From the UHGV virus genome UHGV-0389389: a DNA stretch of 62,942 nucleotides; one strand, given 5' to 3'. The notes beneath the pieces are model-generated. The model was not told the origin of the DNA and searched no databases. It saw nothing but the letters and a program-made list of their open reading frames with translations. The stretch is from a virus. The position numbers and the translations under genes were made by a program. Shown here piece by piece: positions 18,789 through 29,329 of the stretch (position 1 is the first letter of the stretch; every line of letters starts with the position of its first letter).

Positions 18789-20256
18789 TATGGATTGGCT
18801 GTCGGATTTCCTTGATGAAAGCATACCGCTTTGGCGCGATGATCCCGTGATGTTCTTCTGGGAAGTGCTTGGATTTGAACCGGATGAATGGCAGGCAGAA
18901 GCTGCCGAAGATCTGGCGCACAATCCGAAAGTCAGCATTAAGTCCGGACAGGGCGTAGGAAAGACCGGTCTGGAGGCTGCGGTATTCCTGTGGTTTATTA
19001 CCTGTTTTCCGTACCCTCGTATTGTGGCAACGGCGCCAACGAAACAGCAGCTACACGATGTACTGTGGTCTGAAATTTCAAAGTGGATGAGCCACTCTCC
19101 TTTGCTCTCCAGGCTCCTAAAATGGACAAAGACATATGTTTATATGGTCGGCAATGAAAAGCGTTGGTTTGGGGTAGCGAGGACTGCTACAAAGCCAGAG
19201 AACATGCAGGGATTCCACGAGGACAATATGCTGTTCATCGTTGACGAAGCGTCCGGCGTAGCAGATCCGATCATGGAGGCTGTCCTCGGTACCTTGTCAG
19301 GAGAGAACAATAAGTTGCTTATGTGTGGCAACCCGACAAAGACTTCCGGAACATTTTACGATAGCCATACACGGGATCGAGCCTTATATAAGTGCCATAC
19401 TGTATCATCGGCAGACAGCAAGCGGACCAATAAAGAGAATATTGATTCGCTGATCAGGAAGTATGGGTGGGATTCCAATGTGGTGCGTGTGCGTGTCCGT
19501 GGGGAATTTCCGAATCAGGAAGACGATGTATTTATAGCATTGTCCACGATCGAGCAGTGCGGAAGTCGCCTGTTTGAACTTCCGGAGGATAGCCGGTTGC
19601 CGTATATCATATTCGGAGTCGATGTAGCGAGATTTGGTGATGATGAAACCGTAATATACAGAAATGCGCGCGGCAAGCTGAAGATCGCGGCGAATAGAAG
19701 AGGGCAGGACCTCATGAGAACAGTCGGCGATATTGTCCGTCAGTACAAGAAAGCAGTTAAAGAGTTCCCGGATTACCGAGGCAGAATCTATGTGAACATA
19801 GATGACACCGGCCTTGGCGGCGGCGTGACAGATCGATTACGGGAGGTTAAAAGGGAACAAAAGCTGAACAGGCTGTACGTTGTCCCTATTAACGCAGCTG
19901 AAAAGATCGAGACAGACACAAAAGCAGGGAAAGACGCTGCGGAGCATTACAATAATCTGACAACGCACATGTGGGCGACGTTGAAGGACCTCATGGAGAA
20001 CAAAGAGGTTGAGATTGAGGAAGATCAGGAGACGTTTGCACAGCTTTCATCCAGAAAGTACTTCCTTGCGAGCAACGGAAAGCTGGAGGTTGAAAGCAAG
20101 AAAGAAATGAAAAAGCGAGGGTTGGACTCCCCGGACAGGGGTGATGCATTGGCATTATCCGTATACCTTGGAAAAATCAAGAAGTATACTGGAAGCGCAC
20201 CGAATCAGGAAGACGCTGCCGGTCTTGGAAAGAGCAGCTATTGGAGAAACAAATAG
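18778..20256 (+). CDS. terL: Terminase large subunit
   Basis: Walker A KSGQGVGKT and Walker B LFIVDEASGV, followed by a nuclease-domain-sized C-terminus. Confidence 0.85.
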   Translation: MDNNMDWLSDFLDESIPLWRDDPVMFFWEVLGFEPDEWQAEAAEDLAHNPKVSIKSGQGVGKTGLEAAVFLWFITCFPYPRIVATAPTKQQLHDVLWSEISKWMSHSPLLSRLLKWTKTYVYMVGNEKRWFGVARTATKPENMQGFHEDNMLFIVDEASGVADPIMEAVLGTLSGENNKLLMCGNPTKTSGTFYDSHTRDRALYKCHTVSSADSKRTNKENIDSLIRKYGWDSNVVRVRVRGEFPNQEDDVFIALSTIEQCGSRLFELPEDSRLPYIIFGVDVARFGDDETVIYRNARGKLKIAANRRGQDLMRTVGDIVRQYKKAVKEFPDYRGRIYVNIDDTGLGGGVTDRLREVKREQKLNRLYVVPINAAEKIETDTKAGKDAAEHYNNLTTHMWATLKDLMENKEVEIEEDQETFAQLSSRKYFLASNGKLEVESKKEMKKRGLDSPDRGDALALSVYLGKIKKYTGSAPNQEDAAGLGKSSYWRNK

Positions 20257-20278
20257 GAGGTGGATATCTGTGGGCATA

Positions 20279-20578
20279 ATGAAAAAGAAAGAGGCGTATG
20301 TCACAAAAGGAAATCGCCTGATAGAAGAAAAGAGACTGCCGGAAGCAACTGAAGCTGTGGTGGAAGGACTGAATTTTTACCAGAACAAGATTATAAAGGC
20401 TTTAAACGGGCATCCCGTTGCAGATACCGCATTGGTCGTTGTTGCACTGAAAAACACAGCTGATATGCTTGAAAAGCAGGAGCCGAATTGCCGGGGATTG
20501 GTCAAATGGCTCGACAAGACAACTACAAAACCGGAACTGCAGGTGCAGAGAAAGGTAGAAAAAACACGAAAACGATGA
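20279..20578 (+). CDS. Hypothetical protein
   Basis: ORF after GGAGGTG; the larger listed ORF overlaps the end of terL. Confidence 0.35.
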   Translation: MKKKEAYVTKGNRLIEEKRLPEATEAVVEGLNFYQNKIIKALNGHPVADTALVVVALKNTADMLEKQEPNCRGLVKWLDKTTTKPELQVQRKVEKTRKR

Positions 20579-20597
20579 ATGAAAGGAGGGGATATCC

Positions 20598-21980
20598 ATG
20601 GCAGAAATCGGTCGCATAGGTCAGAAGCGATGGAATGGCGTATTTTATGAAGAATTTCTTTGTGATCTTCAGGGAATACGCGGAGTCGAGGTCTATCGGG
20701 AAATGTCAAACAACGATGATACAATCGGTGCCATCCTGTTTGCCATTAAGATGCTGATCCGTCATACAGTGTGGAACATAGAGCCCGGCGGAGATTCGGC
20801 AAAGGACCGTGAGGCTGCGGAGTTTGTTGAATCCTGTATGGATGACATGCAGAGCACATGGACGGATACAATTTCAGAAATCCTATCGTTTTTGGTCTAT
20901 GGATGGAGCCTGCACGAGATCGTATATAAGCGGAGAATGGGTAAAACACGAAACCCGCGGACGAACAGTAAGTATTCTGATGGATTGATAGGATGGCAGA
21001 AGCTCCCGATACGCAGTCAGGACACTCTTTATAAATGGGAATATGATAAGCACGACAATCTGGTCGGTATGACGCAGATGCCGCCGCCGGATTATGGCTT
21101 TATTACAATCCCGATGAAAAAAGCGATGCTTTTTCGAACAGAGAGCGCAAAAGACAATCCGGAAGGGCGAAGCATACTGAGGAATGCGTACCGCCCGTGG
21201 TACTTCAAGCGGCGTATTCAGGAAATTGAGGCGATAGGTATTGAGCGGGATCTGGCAGGACTCCCGGTGTTTCATGTTCCAGACGGAACTGATATTTGGG
21301 ATGATACTGATCCGGATATGGTGAAGATAAACGCTGCCCTCACGAAAATGGTGAAATCGGTCCGTCGCGATGAATACGAAGGACTCGTATTGCCTCATGG
21401 CTTTGAATTTGAATTGGTCAGCACCGGCGGAGCAAGACAGTTTGACACAAATGCGATCATCAACAGGTATGATACTAAAATAGCAATGACTGTACTTGCC
21501 GATTTTTTGATGCTTGGACACAATAAGGTTGGAAGTTTTGCACTCAGCTCCGATAAAACGGAGCTTTTTTCTGTTGCGATATCTTCATTTTTGGATGTTA
21601 TATGCGAGACATTTAATAGCCAGAGCATACCGGCTCTTATTGATATCAACGGAGACCATTTCAACGGCATTACGGATTATCCGAAGATGACGCATGGAGA
21701 AATTGAGGATGTTGATATGAAGTCGGTAGGACAGCTTATTAAGGATATGGCAGGTATTGGAATTCTTATTCCGGACGATGGACTGGAAGACTATGTTCGC
21801 GAGATCGCTCATTTGCCAGAAAGGACTACAGACAGCAGAAGAGAGGATCCCGTAAGGACAAAACAGCAGAACCAGAACCAACCGCCAGAGAGTGATCCGG
21901 AAGAGCAGGAAGAAATAGATGATGATCAGGATGAGAAAAATGCCAAAGCGGCAAAACGAAGGCTTGGAAGGGAGCGGTAG
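20598..21980 (+). CDS. Portal protein (Mu gp29/DUF935-like)
   Basis: About 460 aa, between TerL and a Mu F-like head-morphogenesis gene; acidic C-terminus. Confidence 0.6.
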   Translation: MAEIGRIGQKRWNGVFYEEFLCDLQGIRGVEVYREMSNNDDTIGAILFAIKMLIRHTVWNIEPGGDSAKDREAAEFVESCMDDMQSTWTDTISEILSFLVYGWSLHEIVYKRRMGKTRNPRTNSKYSDGLIGWQKLPIRSQDTLYKWEYDKHDNLVGMTQMPPPDYGFITIPMKKAMLFRTESAKDNPEGRSILRNAYRPWYFKRRIQEIEAIGIERDLAGLPVFHVPDGTDIWDDTDPDMVKINAALTKMVKSVRRDEYEGLVLPHGFEFELVSTGGARQFDTNAIINRYDTKIAMTVLADFLMLGHNKVGSFALSSDKTELFSVAISSFLDVICETFNSQSIPALIDINGDHFNGITDYPKMTHGEIEDVDMKSVGQLIKDMAGIGILIPDDGLEDYVREIAHLPERTTDSRREDPVRTKQQNQNQPPESDPEEQEEIDDDQDEKNAKAAKRRLGRER

Positions 21981-21983
21981 CGC

Positions 21984-22931
21984 ATGTATATCTTCAAAAA
22001 GCCCAAACCTTTAGGAAAAACGAAGAAGAGAAGCAAAGAAAACCTGCGCCTGCTCAATATGTTGAACCGATATATTACAGATACAGCGGCCGTGCCGGTA
22101 TCTATCCTCACGAGATTTTGGGCGGATCAGGCTGCGGCGATCACGTATAAGGAAATACGGCAGTTGATAGAGGACGACGAAATTTCCGAAGAAGATCTTG
22201 AGAATTGGTCCAAAGATTATTCTTCGTTTGTTTCCGATACGCTGGAACCTTTGTGGATTGAAGCTATAATTGCCGGGCAACTAAGTGACGCTATAGTGGA
22301 TGAAGTCCGAGATAAAGGGTTTGAATTCGATGCGACTGATGCTGGTATAAGGAATTGGATCAAGGACAGAGGAAGCGAATTCGTGACAAACGCCGTGGAG
22401 GAGCAGAAGAAAGCTATACAGCGACTCACGATGAAGGCTGTTCGCGAAGATTTAACACCGAACGAATTGGCGAGAGTCATTAGACCATGTATCGGTCTTA
22501 CAGAGAGGCAGGCACAGGCTAATCTAAAATATTATAACCACATCAAGGAACAGATGCGCAAAGAACATCCCCGGATGAAAGAGGAAACTATCGTCAGGAG
22601 AGCTAGGGATAAGGCTTTGAAATATGCTGAAAAGCAGCATCGATACCGCGCTGAAACAATTGCGCAGACAGAACTTGCCGAGGCGTACAATGCAGGCGCC
22701 CATCATGGGATCAAACAAGCACAAGAGAAAGGATATATAGGGCATGTGAGAAAAGTATGGGTGACAGCCAGACAGGATAATGTATGCAAGTTCTGTGAAG
22801 CGGTGGAAGGAGTCAGCAAAGAGATGGACGAATATTTCGACGTTGGAAAGTGCGGATTGAAACTTATACCGCCGGCGCATCCAAGGTGCAGATGTGTTGT
22901 TAAGTATGTAGAGGTTAAGGAGGATCAGTAA
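21984..22931 (+). CDS. Head morphogenesis protein (Mu F / SPP1 gp7-like)
   Basis: C-terminal motif PPAHPRCRCVV, typical of Mu F-like minor head proteins. Confidence 0.65.
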   Translation: MYIFKKPKPLGKTKKRSKENLRLLNMLNRYITDTAAVPVSILTRFWADQAAAITYKEIRQLIEDDEISEEDLENWSKDYSSFVSDTLEPLWIEAIIAGQLSDAIVDEVRDKGFEFDATDAGIRNWIKDRGSEFVTNAVEEQKKAIQRLTMKAVREDLTPNELARVIRPCIGLTERQAQANLKYYNHIKEQMRKEHPRMKEETIVRRARDKALKYAEKQHRYRAETIAQTELAEAYNAGAHHGIKQAQEKGYIGHVRKVWVTARQDNVCKFCEAVEGVSKEMDEYFDVGKCGLKLIPPAHPRCRCVVKYVEVKEDQ

Positions 22932-23437
22932 TGGAAAGTCTATATGACATTTTGGGAATCCACAAAAATTCTGGAAAAAGAACAGTGAGTGTGGATAACT
23001 CTTGCGAAAAAGAGCCCTCTGTGTTGAAAGGTCGGTTTAAGATACAGAAATCAGACAATGATAAGCATCTGGCATTCGGGTGGGCGTCCATCGCTATCGA
23101 TGAGGATGGAGAGCAGCTTGTAGATTGGCAGGAAGACATGATCGATCCGGAAGAATTAGAAAACGCAGCTTATGATTTCGTGCGATTATACCGAGAAGGA
23201 GGAGAGATGCACGAAAGAGGAGACTGTGCAATTTTGGTTGAAAGTGTAGTTTTCACAGAAGAAAAAATGGAAGCCATGGGCATTCCTGTTGGGACTATTC
23301 CTGTGGGATGGTGGATTGGTTTTCTTGTCACAGATGAAGATGTGTGGGAGAAGGTCAAGGATGGAACTTACTCTATGTTCTCAATTGAAGGAGAGGCAGA
23401 AAGAGTGGAGGTAAAAGAAGATGTGGATTCTGATTGA
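22931..23437 (+). CDS. XkdF-like putative prohead protease
   Basis: FGWASIAIDEDGEQLVD...HE...ILVES...GIPVG...GWWIGFLVTDEDVWEKVKDGTYSMFSIEG follows the XkdF family pattern. Confidence 0.5.
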   Translation: MESLYDILGIHKNSGKRTVSVDNSCEKEPSVLKGRFKIQKSDNDKHLAFGWASIAIDEDGEQLVDWQEDMIDPEELENAAYDFVRLYREGGEMHERGDCAILVESVVFTEEKMEAMGIPVGTIPVGWWIGFLVTDEDVWEKVKDGTYSMFSIEGEAERVEVKEDVDSD

Positions 23438-23584
23438 TGTTGGGATTTTCTTTCTTGGAGCGTTTATAGGATTTGCTTTAGCTTGTGTGGTAATCGCTGC
23501 AAGAAACGATTGAAAAATGGTAATTCAAGAGGCGGTATTACCGCTTTTTGTTTTATAAAAATAAGCGAAAGGAGGAAAGGAAAC

Positions 23585-24838
23585 TTGGCAACAAAGTTAA
23601 AAAATTTACATGTAAAAAAGGTGGATTTCGTTGATGAAGGCGCTAACCAACAAGCCGATATCAAGATTTTCAAGAGGAAGGAACAGAGCGCACCTGTTGT
23701 GACGGATCTGTTACAAGATCCTATGAAAGAGCAAAAGAGCCTTTTCAAAAGACTTATGCACTCAATCGGGAAAAGCCTTGGATTTAAAGATGAAGAAATT
23801 GACGGCTTTTCGGAATTGTCATCTGAAGGGATTATTCAGAAAGGGAATTCGCAAACTTTTGGAGAAAAGATGACGGAAGTTAAGCGGCAGAAGGTGGCTG
23901 ATGAGATGTGGAGCATTTGTTATGCCCTTCAGTCCTCGCTGCAGTCGATTCTTTACGATGAGGATCTTGACGGAACCACAGCGCAATCTATGATGGAAAA
24001 AAGCGTTTCGGAGTTCGACGAGATCATCGGTGAAGCGATCAGCAGTTGGTCCGCAGGCAAAGTCAGCGGGATCAAAAAGGAGATCGGTCAAGAAGATGTC
24101 GAATCTCTGAAAAAGTTTAGAGATCATCTGAACGAAAATATTGAAAAGGCAATGAGCCGTGAGAAAGGAGAAACTGAAGAAATGGAAAAAATCGATAAAT
24201 CTAAAATGTCCCCGGAAGACAGGGCTGCTTACGAAGATATCCTGAAGAAATATGGTGTCGAAGAAGAGAAAGAACCTGTTGTGAAGTCCACTGTGAAGCC
24301 TGGAGACAATAAAGAAGGCGAGGAAGAAGAGGACGATCTTGACAAGGGCTGTGGAAAACAGACAACTAAAAAATCTATTTCCGGACAGGCTGAACCGGAA
24401 GAGGATATCTACAAAGGACTTCATCCGGCGGTTAAAGCAGAGATTGAAGCTCTTAGAAAATACCGTGAAGCTGCGGAAAACAGAGAATTTATGGAAGTAG
24501 CAAAGAAATACGAGGTCATTGGTAAGAAAGCGGAAGAGCTGGCGCCTGTCCTGAAGAGCTTGAAAGCAGCCGGCGGAACCGCATATGATGATATGATCTC
24601 TACTCTGGACTCTATGGTTGCCATGGCCGAAAATTCCGGGATTTTTTCTGAAATCGGAAAATCCGGACACGGGAGCCATTCTGTTATTACTAAGGGGAAA
24701 ACCGAGGCACAGGTAGAAAACATTGCGAAGGGATACATGGAAAAAGATCCCGGAATGAGATACACGGAAGCAGTGGCAAAAGCATGGGAAAGCAACCCTG
24801 AATTATTGGCATCTTACGATGAAGAGGCAGGGTTTTAA
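23585..24838 (+). CDS. Scaffold protein
   Basis: Acidic, coiled-coil-rich protein between the protease and capsid genes; TTG start at 23585 after AGGAGG. Confidence 0.5.
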   Translation: MATKLKNLHVKKVDFVDEGANQQADIKIFKRKEQSAPVVTDLLQDPMKEQKSLFKRLMHSIGKSLGFKDEEIDGFSELSSEGIIQKGNSQTFGEKMTEVKRQKVADEMWSICYALQSSLQSILYDEDLDGTTAQSMMEKSVSEFDEIIGEAISSWSAGKVSGIKKEIGQEDVESLKKFRDHLNENIEKAMSREKGETEEMEKIDKSKMSPEDRAAYEDILKKYGVEEEKEPVVKSTVKPGDNKEGEEEEDDLDKGCGKQTTKKSISGQAEPEEDIYKGLHPAVKAEIEALRKYREAAENREFMEVAKKYEVIGKKAEELAPVLKSLKAAGGTAYDDMISTLDSMVAMAENSGIFSEIGKSGHGSHSVITKGKTEAQVENIAKGYMEKDPGMRYTEAVAKAWESNPELLASYDEEAGF

Positions 24839-24855
24839 GGAAGGAGGAAATACTC

Positions 24856-25290
24856 ATGGGAAAAAATTTTAACGGTACGCAGATTAATAATTCTGCGACA
24901 ATTTCAGAAAAGGCAGGAGCCGAAATCGCCGACTGCAGGAACAGAATTCTGAAATATGACGAAAATGGAGATGTGGTACTTGCGTCTGCAGGTACGGATA
25001 TCCTTTTGGGCGTCGCTATCATTGAATCCGGATACAATGATATATCCGGAGCGGAATCCGGAAAGGTGATTAAAGGGGATGACGTAGATATCCTGGTTAA
25101 GGATATTGGATATGTACTTGCCGGAGCTGCAATTACTAAAGGGAAGGAAATTACGGCGGGAGCAGATGGTCTTGCGGCTGTTGCTGTTGCCGGGGATTAT
25201 GTTCTTGGTATTGCACTTACCAGCGCAGAAGCAAATGAATACTGCCGTATCCAGATTTCCAAATATCAGAAAGCGGCTGCGAGTGAATAA
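24856..25290 (+). CDS. Hypothetical head protein, possibly a decoration protein
   Basis: Gly/Ala-rich, predicted beta-rich, located immediately upstream of the major capsid gene. Confidence 0.3.
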   Translation: MGKNFNGTQINNSATISEKAGAEIADCRNRILKYDENGDVVLASAGTDILLGVAIIESGYNDISGAESGKVIKGDDVDILVKDIGYVLAGAAITKGKEITAGADGLAAVAVAGDYVLGIALTSAEANEYCRIQISKYQKAAASE

Positions 25291-25308
25291 GTAGAGGAGG
25301 AATAAGAC

Positions 25309-26334
25309 ATGAGAAATACAGCAAAAGGTATTGCGGCAGAAATTGCAAAAGGGGCATTTAGACCGCATACAGCACTTACCAACATGGCACTGGCATATTA
25401 CCAGAACCCTGCGAATTACTTCGCAAAATCTCTGTTCCCGATTTGTCCTGTGGATTTATCATCTGATAATTACTATATTTTCGACAAGGACGATCTTCTT
25501 AGAGATAGCTGGCAGAGAAAGCCGGCGTACGGCAAGGTTGATCCGGCGGTTGTGTCTGAGCACACAGATACTTACAACTGCAAGGTGGATCAGATGATCA
25601 TGGGGATTGACCAGATCCGCCAGACAGATCTTCAGCGCCGTCAGGGACCGGCAACGAGAGATCCGAGGGTGCAGAGAACCAAAACAATTGCAGAGCAGGC
25701 AAACATCCATCAGGATGTACAGTTTGCTGGAAGCTTCTTCAAGTCAGGTGTGTGGTCCAATGAATATACCGGTGTTGATTCGACGAGTGTATCCGGGAAA
25801 CAGTTCATCAAGTTCAGCAATGACAACTCTGATCCGGTTAAGTTCTTTGATGAAAAAGCAACAGAGATGCAGGAAATGACCGGACGCAGACCGAATCGCA
25901 TTGGTCTGGGAGCAAACGTGTTTACGACACTGAAGAACCATCCGGGAATCCTTGAAAGAGTGAAATATGGAGGATCAACTGTAAATCCGGCAAGTGTAAC
26001 CCTGAACGTTCTTTCTCAGCTCTTTAGCATGGAAAGAGTTGTTGTTATGCAGTCCATCATGAACAAGGCGGCTATGGGCGCTTCTCCAGACATGGGCTTT
26101 ATCGGAGATCCGAATGCAATTCTGCTTTGCTACGCCACAAATAACCCGTCCATTGACGAGCCTTCCGCCGGCTATATCTTCACATGGGATATGCTCGGAG
26201 ACGGGCAGCTCCTTCCAGTGTTGAACTATCTGGGAGACAATGGTACGCATTCAGAATTCGTAGAGGGGCTCATGGCAAGCGATATGAAGAAAACCGCAGA
26301 TGATCTCGGTATGTTCTTTGCTGATGCTGTTTAA
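25309..26334 (+). CDS. Major capsid protein
   Basis: 341 aa, strong RBS, position after the scaffold and decoration genes; the product is expected to be highly expressed. Confidence 0.6.
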   Translation: MRNTAKGIAAEIAKGAFRPHTALTNMALAYYQNPANYFAKSLFPICPVDLSSDNYYIFDKDDLLRDSWQRKPAYGKVDPAVVSEHTDTYNCKVDQMIMGIDQIRQTDLQRRQGPATRDPRVQRTKTIAEQANIHQDVQFAGSFFKSGVWSNEYTGVDSTSVSGKQFIKFSNDNSDPVKFFDEKATEMQEMTGRRPNRIGLGANVFTTLKNHPGILERVKYGGSTVNPASVTLNVLSQLFSMERVVVMQSIMNKAAMGASPDMGFIGDPNAILLCYATNNPSIDEPSAGYIFTWDMLGDGQLLPVLNYLGDNGTHSEFVEGLMASDMKKTADDLGMFFADAV

Positions 26335-26345
26335 GGAGGGATCTT

Positions 26346-26792
26346 ATGAAGCTGATAGCGAAAAAACCCTGCTCGTTTAACGGGCAGACATTTTACATCG
26401 GCGATGAAATTCCTTCCGCTTTTGTTATCAATCCAAAAGCGCAGGAAAAACTTGGAACGATCGCAATTGTTTCCCCGGGAGATACTCCGGGAGCAGATCT
26501 CTCTGATATTACGGCCGAGGTTGGCCAGGTTGAGTTTGGGGTTCCGATTCAGCAGAAGGATGGCACCATGACATTATATCTGAATGAAGAACAGATCTGC
26601 AGAGCAGTAGAAGTAATGCAGATGACAGCATCGGAAGCGAAAGAGGCAATCAAGGGAATTGCGGAAGAAAAAATCCTGATCCTGCTTAATGCCTGCGATT
26701 CCAGAAAGGCTATTAAAGAAGCTACGGAAGCTGCCGCTGCCGAACTCAATCCCGAAGAAGATGTGCAGGAGGAAAGCGCAGGTGATGAATAA
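26346..26792 (+). CDS. Hypothetical head-associated protein
   Basis: ORF coupled to the capsid gene. Confidence 0.3.
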   Translation: MKLIAKKPCSFNGQTFYIGDEIPSAFVINPKAQEKLGTIAIVSPGDTPGADLSDITAEVGQVEFGVPIQQKDGTMTLYLNEEQICRAVEVMQMTASEAKEAIKGIAEEKILILLNACDSRKAIKEATEAAAAELNPEEDVQEESAGDE

Positions 26793-27199
26793 TGGCTGGT
26801 GCATACAGTTATGATCCTGGAAAATTATCTGAACGCGGGAAAGATCTTATGCGTTTTGAACTTGGAGATACGATGGTAGAGGGCAAGGAAAAAACTTGCG
26901 CCCTTACTGACGAAGAATATACTGCCATACTCGAAATGAATAAGTCGTGGAAACGTGCAAAATTAGCCTGTTTAGAAGCTATTTTCAGACGCTTTTCCTA
27001 TGAGGTCGATACACAGACAGGCCCGTTATCGTTACAATTCGGAAATAGGGCAAAGCTGTGGCAGGAAGAATATGAGAAGCTCAAAGCATCAGTATCTCAG
27101 AACTGCCTTTCCGCTGCGGCTATCTCGGCTCAAGGGAACGAAAGTAAAAAGCCGTATTTCTATACCGGTATGATGTCCACAGAGAGAGAAGGTGGATGA
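26792..27199 (+). CDS. Putative head-tail connector protein
   Basis: Position and size. Confidence 0.3.
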   Translation: MAGAYSYDPGKLSERGKDLMRFELGDTMVEGKEKTCALTDEEYTAILEMNKSWKRAKLACLEAIFRRFSYEVDTQTGPLSLQFGNRAKLWQEEYEKLKASVSQNCLSAAAISAQGNESKKPYFYTGMMSTEREGG

Positions 27200-27554
27200 T
27201 GTGCTTATGTATCTTCGGCCGGGAAATCTTTTTAAAGAGTTTCTGGTAAAAAGAAAAGAGTCTGACATATCAAACATCGGGCTCCCCGTTTCTGGATATA
27301 AGGATACCGGGATTCTTGTCAATGGTGTTTTGGCCGAGGCGAGTACTGATGACCGCGAGAAAACCAAACATATGTGGGATCAGGATCAGCACTCTCTTAC
27401 CCACACTATTGTAAGCTGGACAGAACCGGCCGCAAAAAAGGGCGATGTTCTTTCGTTGGAAAGCCGGTATTTCCTTATTCTTGCGATAGATGATGCCGGA
27501 TCTCTGGGTGTGGCCACAATCTATTATGCAGAGGAAAGGAATGATTTGAGATGA
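27192..27554 (+). CDS. Putative head-tail joining protein
   Basis: Position; start uncertain (ATG 27192, GTG 27201 or ATG 27207). Confidence 0.3.
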   Translation: MDDVLMYLRPGNLFKEFLVKRKESDISNIGLPVSGYKDTGILVNGVLAEASTDDREKTKHMWDQDQHSLTHTIVSWTEPAAKKGDVLSLESRYFLILAIDDAGSLGVATIYYAEERNDLR

Positions 27555-27940
27555 CACCAGGAGGCGCATCAGAAGCAATCCGCCAAGCTGTTCGCGAGGC
27601 GGTAAGGGAAGTAAACCAAAAGACAATGTCTAAGGCGTTTCGCGTTTCAAATGCCATGCGAAACAGTGCGATAGAAGTTCTTACGAATCCGAGCCCATCA
27701 TCACCGGGAAACCCTCCCGGTGTGAGGACCGGATTCCTGCGGCGAGCATGGAAGACCGGAGTGCGGATGAATGGAGGAAATTCGAACTCCAGCATATCAA
27801 TTACGGCATATGCAGACTCTAAGGCTTCTTATGCCGGATATCTGGAAGACGGAACTAAAAAGATGGCGGCGCGACCATTTGTAGATCCCATTTTGGATGA
27901 TGTGGAACCAGAGGTTGATTTGATTTTTTCTGATTTTTAG
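27551..27940 (+). CDS. HK97 gp10-family tail-completion protein
   Basis: PGNPPGVRTGFLRRAWK...YAGYLEDGTKKMAARPF matches the HK97 gp10 family signature. Confidence 0.65.
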   Translation: MTPGGASEAIRQAVREAVREVNQKTMSKAFRVSNAMRNSAIEVLTNPSPSSPGNPPGVRTGFLRRAWKTGVRMNGGNSNSSISITAYADSKASYAGYLEDGTKKMAARPFVDPILDDVEPEVDLIFSDF

Positions 27941-27949
27941 GAGGGTTAT

Positions 27950-28252
27950 ATGCTGATTATTAGAAATCCGACCAATGTATTCGATACAGAAGAAATACAA
28001 CGCGGAACTTTGATCTATGCAAAGCATAAAAGCTGGAGCAATGGAGAGCGAGGGTTCGTAGTTTCTGTTACGGGAAACAAAGCTACGGTGCAATATCCGC
28101 CGCAGATCGGGAATGTCACGAACCATTTTTTTATTTATGCAGATGAAGTAGCGAACGGAGACTGGGAAATCCGATATAGCAATGATATGCAGACGATCAT
28201 AAAGTATCCGGAGGAAGGAGCAGGAGATGAAACTGATAAGTCTGATTTATAA
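27950..28252 (+). CDS. Hypothetical protein
   Basis: ORF. Confidence 0.3.
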   Translation: MLIIRNPTNVFDTEEIQRGTLIYAKHKSWSNGERGFVVSVTGNKATVQYPPQIGNVTNHFFIYADEVANGDWEIRYSNDMQTIIKYPEEGAGDETDKSDL

Positions 28253-29096
28253 AAGATTGTTGGATTCGGATAAGCTAAAGTCGTTATGCGCGACTTATGC
28301 AGGAAAGCCTGCCATATTCAATACCGAAGCCCCGGATGATAAGCAGGAAGGATGGGAAGGGAAAAGCCAGTACCCACGTATCAATTTCACATGCGATATG
28401 CAGGCGAATGAGGAAAGAGCCAGCGTAGGTACTCTAAATATTGTTGCGTATACAGAAAGCACCTCTCTGGTCATTTTAGAGATCGAGGCGGCTATTAAAG
28501 AGTGCTTCAGGGATGTCCTGCTTTATCCGGATGATGGCGGACCGTACAGTTTTGCGTGGGCAAGAACGGATCCATTCCTGCTTGAAGGAAATGTGATCGG
28601 GCAGGAGATATCCATAGACATGATGGAATATTCGCCGCAGGAGACAACGGATCCCGATCCTGTTGTTGCATTGAACCAATATATCAAAGAGTTATATCCG
28701 GATGCTGTAGTCATCGGCGTGGACCGTCTGGGAGAGATCACAGATACATCCGAAAAACCGGTATTTTACTGCCGGTTGACCGCGCTGAACAAAGTGAACG
28801 GAAATAATATGAATACTGTGGCGTGGATGGGCTGTAGGATTGCGGTCCATCTTTTATGCCCGGATAAATCCCAAAATATCAAAATGATTGCGGCTGTAGC
28901 ACAAAGGATCGCTGTGGATGAAAGAATAATCTTATTGGATCGCTCACCGATGAATATATCCGAGGTTCAGTTAGACCGTCAGGCTGATTACCTGAAATCA
29001 GGACAATTATATGTGACGGGAAGATACGGAGTGCTGAAATACAAGGCGAAAGAACACGCAATTATGAAAAATGTAATTTTAAGCAAGGAGGAGTAA
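28227..29096 (+). CDS. Hypothetical tail protein
   Basis: Position upstream of the sheath gene. Confidence 0.3.
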   Translation: MKLISLIYKRLLDSDKLKSLCATYAGKPAIFNTEAPDDKQEGWEGKSQYPRINFTCDMQANEERASVGTLNIVAYTESTSLVILEIEAAIKECFRDVLLYPDDGGPYSFAWARTDPFLLEGNVIGQEISIDMMEYSPQETTDPDPVVALNQYIKELYPDAVVIGVDRLGEITDTSEKPVFYCRLTALNKVNGNNMNTVAWMGCRIAVHLLCPDKSQNIKMIAAVAQRIAVDERIILLDRSPMNISEVQLDRQADYLKSGQLYVTGRYGVLKYKAKEHAIMKNVILSKEE

Positions 29097-29101
29097 ACAT
29101 C

Positions 29102-29329
29102 ATGGCAGAAGCAAAAACAACCGGTGCCAATACTTCGCAGAAAGAAAAGGCATCGAAGAAAACTGTTGATCCGGTGTACAGCGCAGAAGAGCTTTCTAAT
29201 GCCGCTGACCGGTTTGGAACACGTAAGGAGTGTGTAGCTGCAGCTCTGAAATACTACGGTAAAGACAGAGCTACAGTAAAAGAAGCAAAAGAGCTTATTA
29301 ACAAATTTTTGAGCAAGGAGGTCAAGTGA
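29102..29329 (+). CDS. Hypothetical protein
   Basis: ORF. Confidence 0.3.
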   Translation: MAEAKTTGANTSQKEKASKKTVDPVYSAEELSNAADRFGTRKECVAAALKYYGKDRATVKEAKELINKFLSKEVK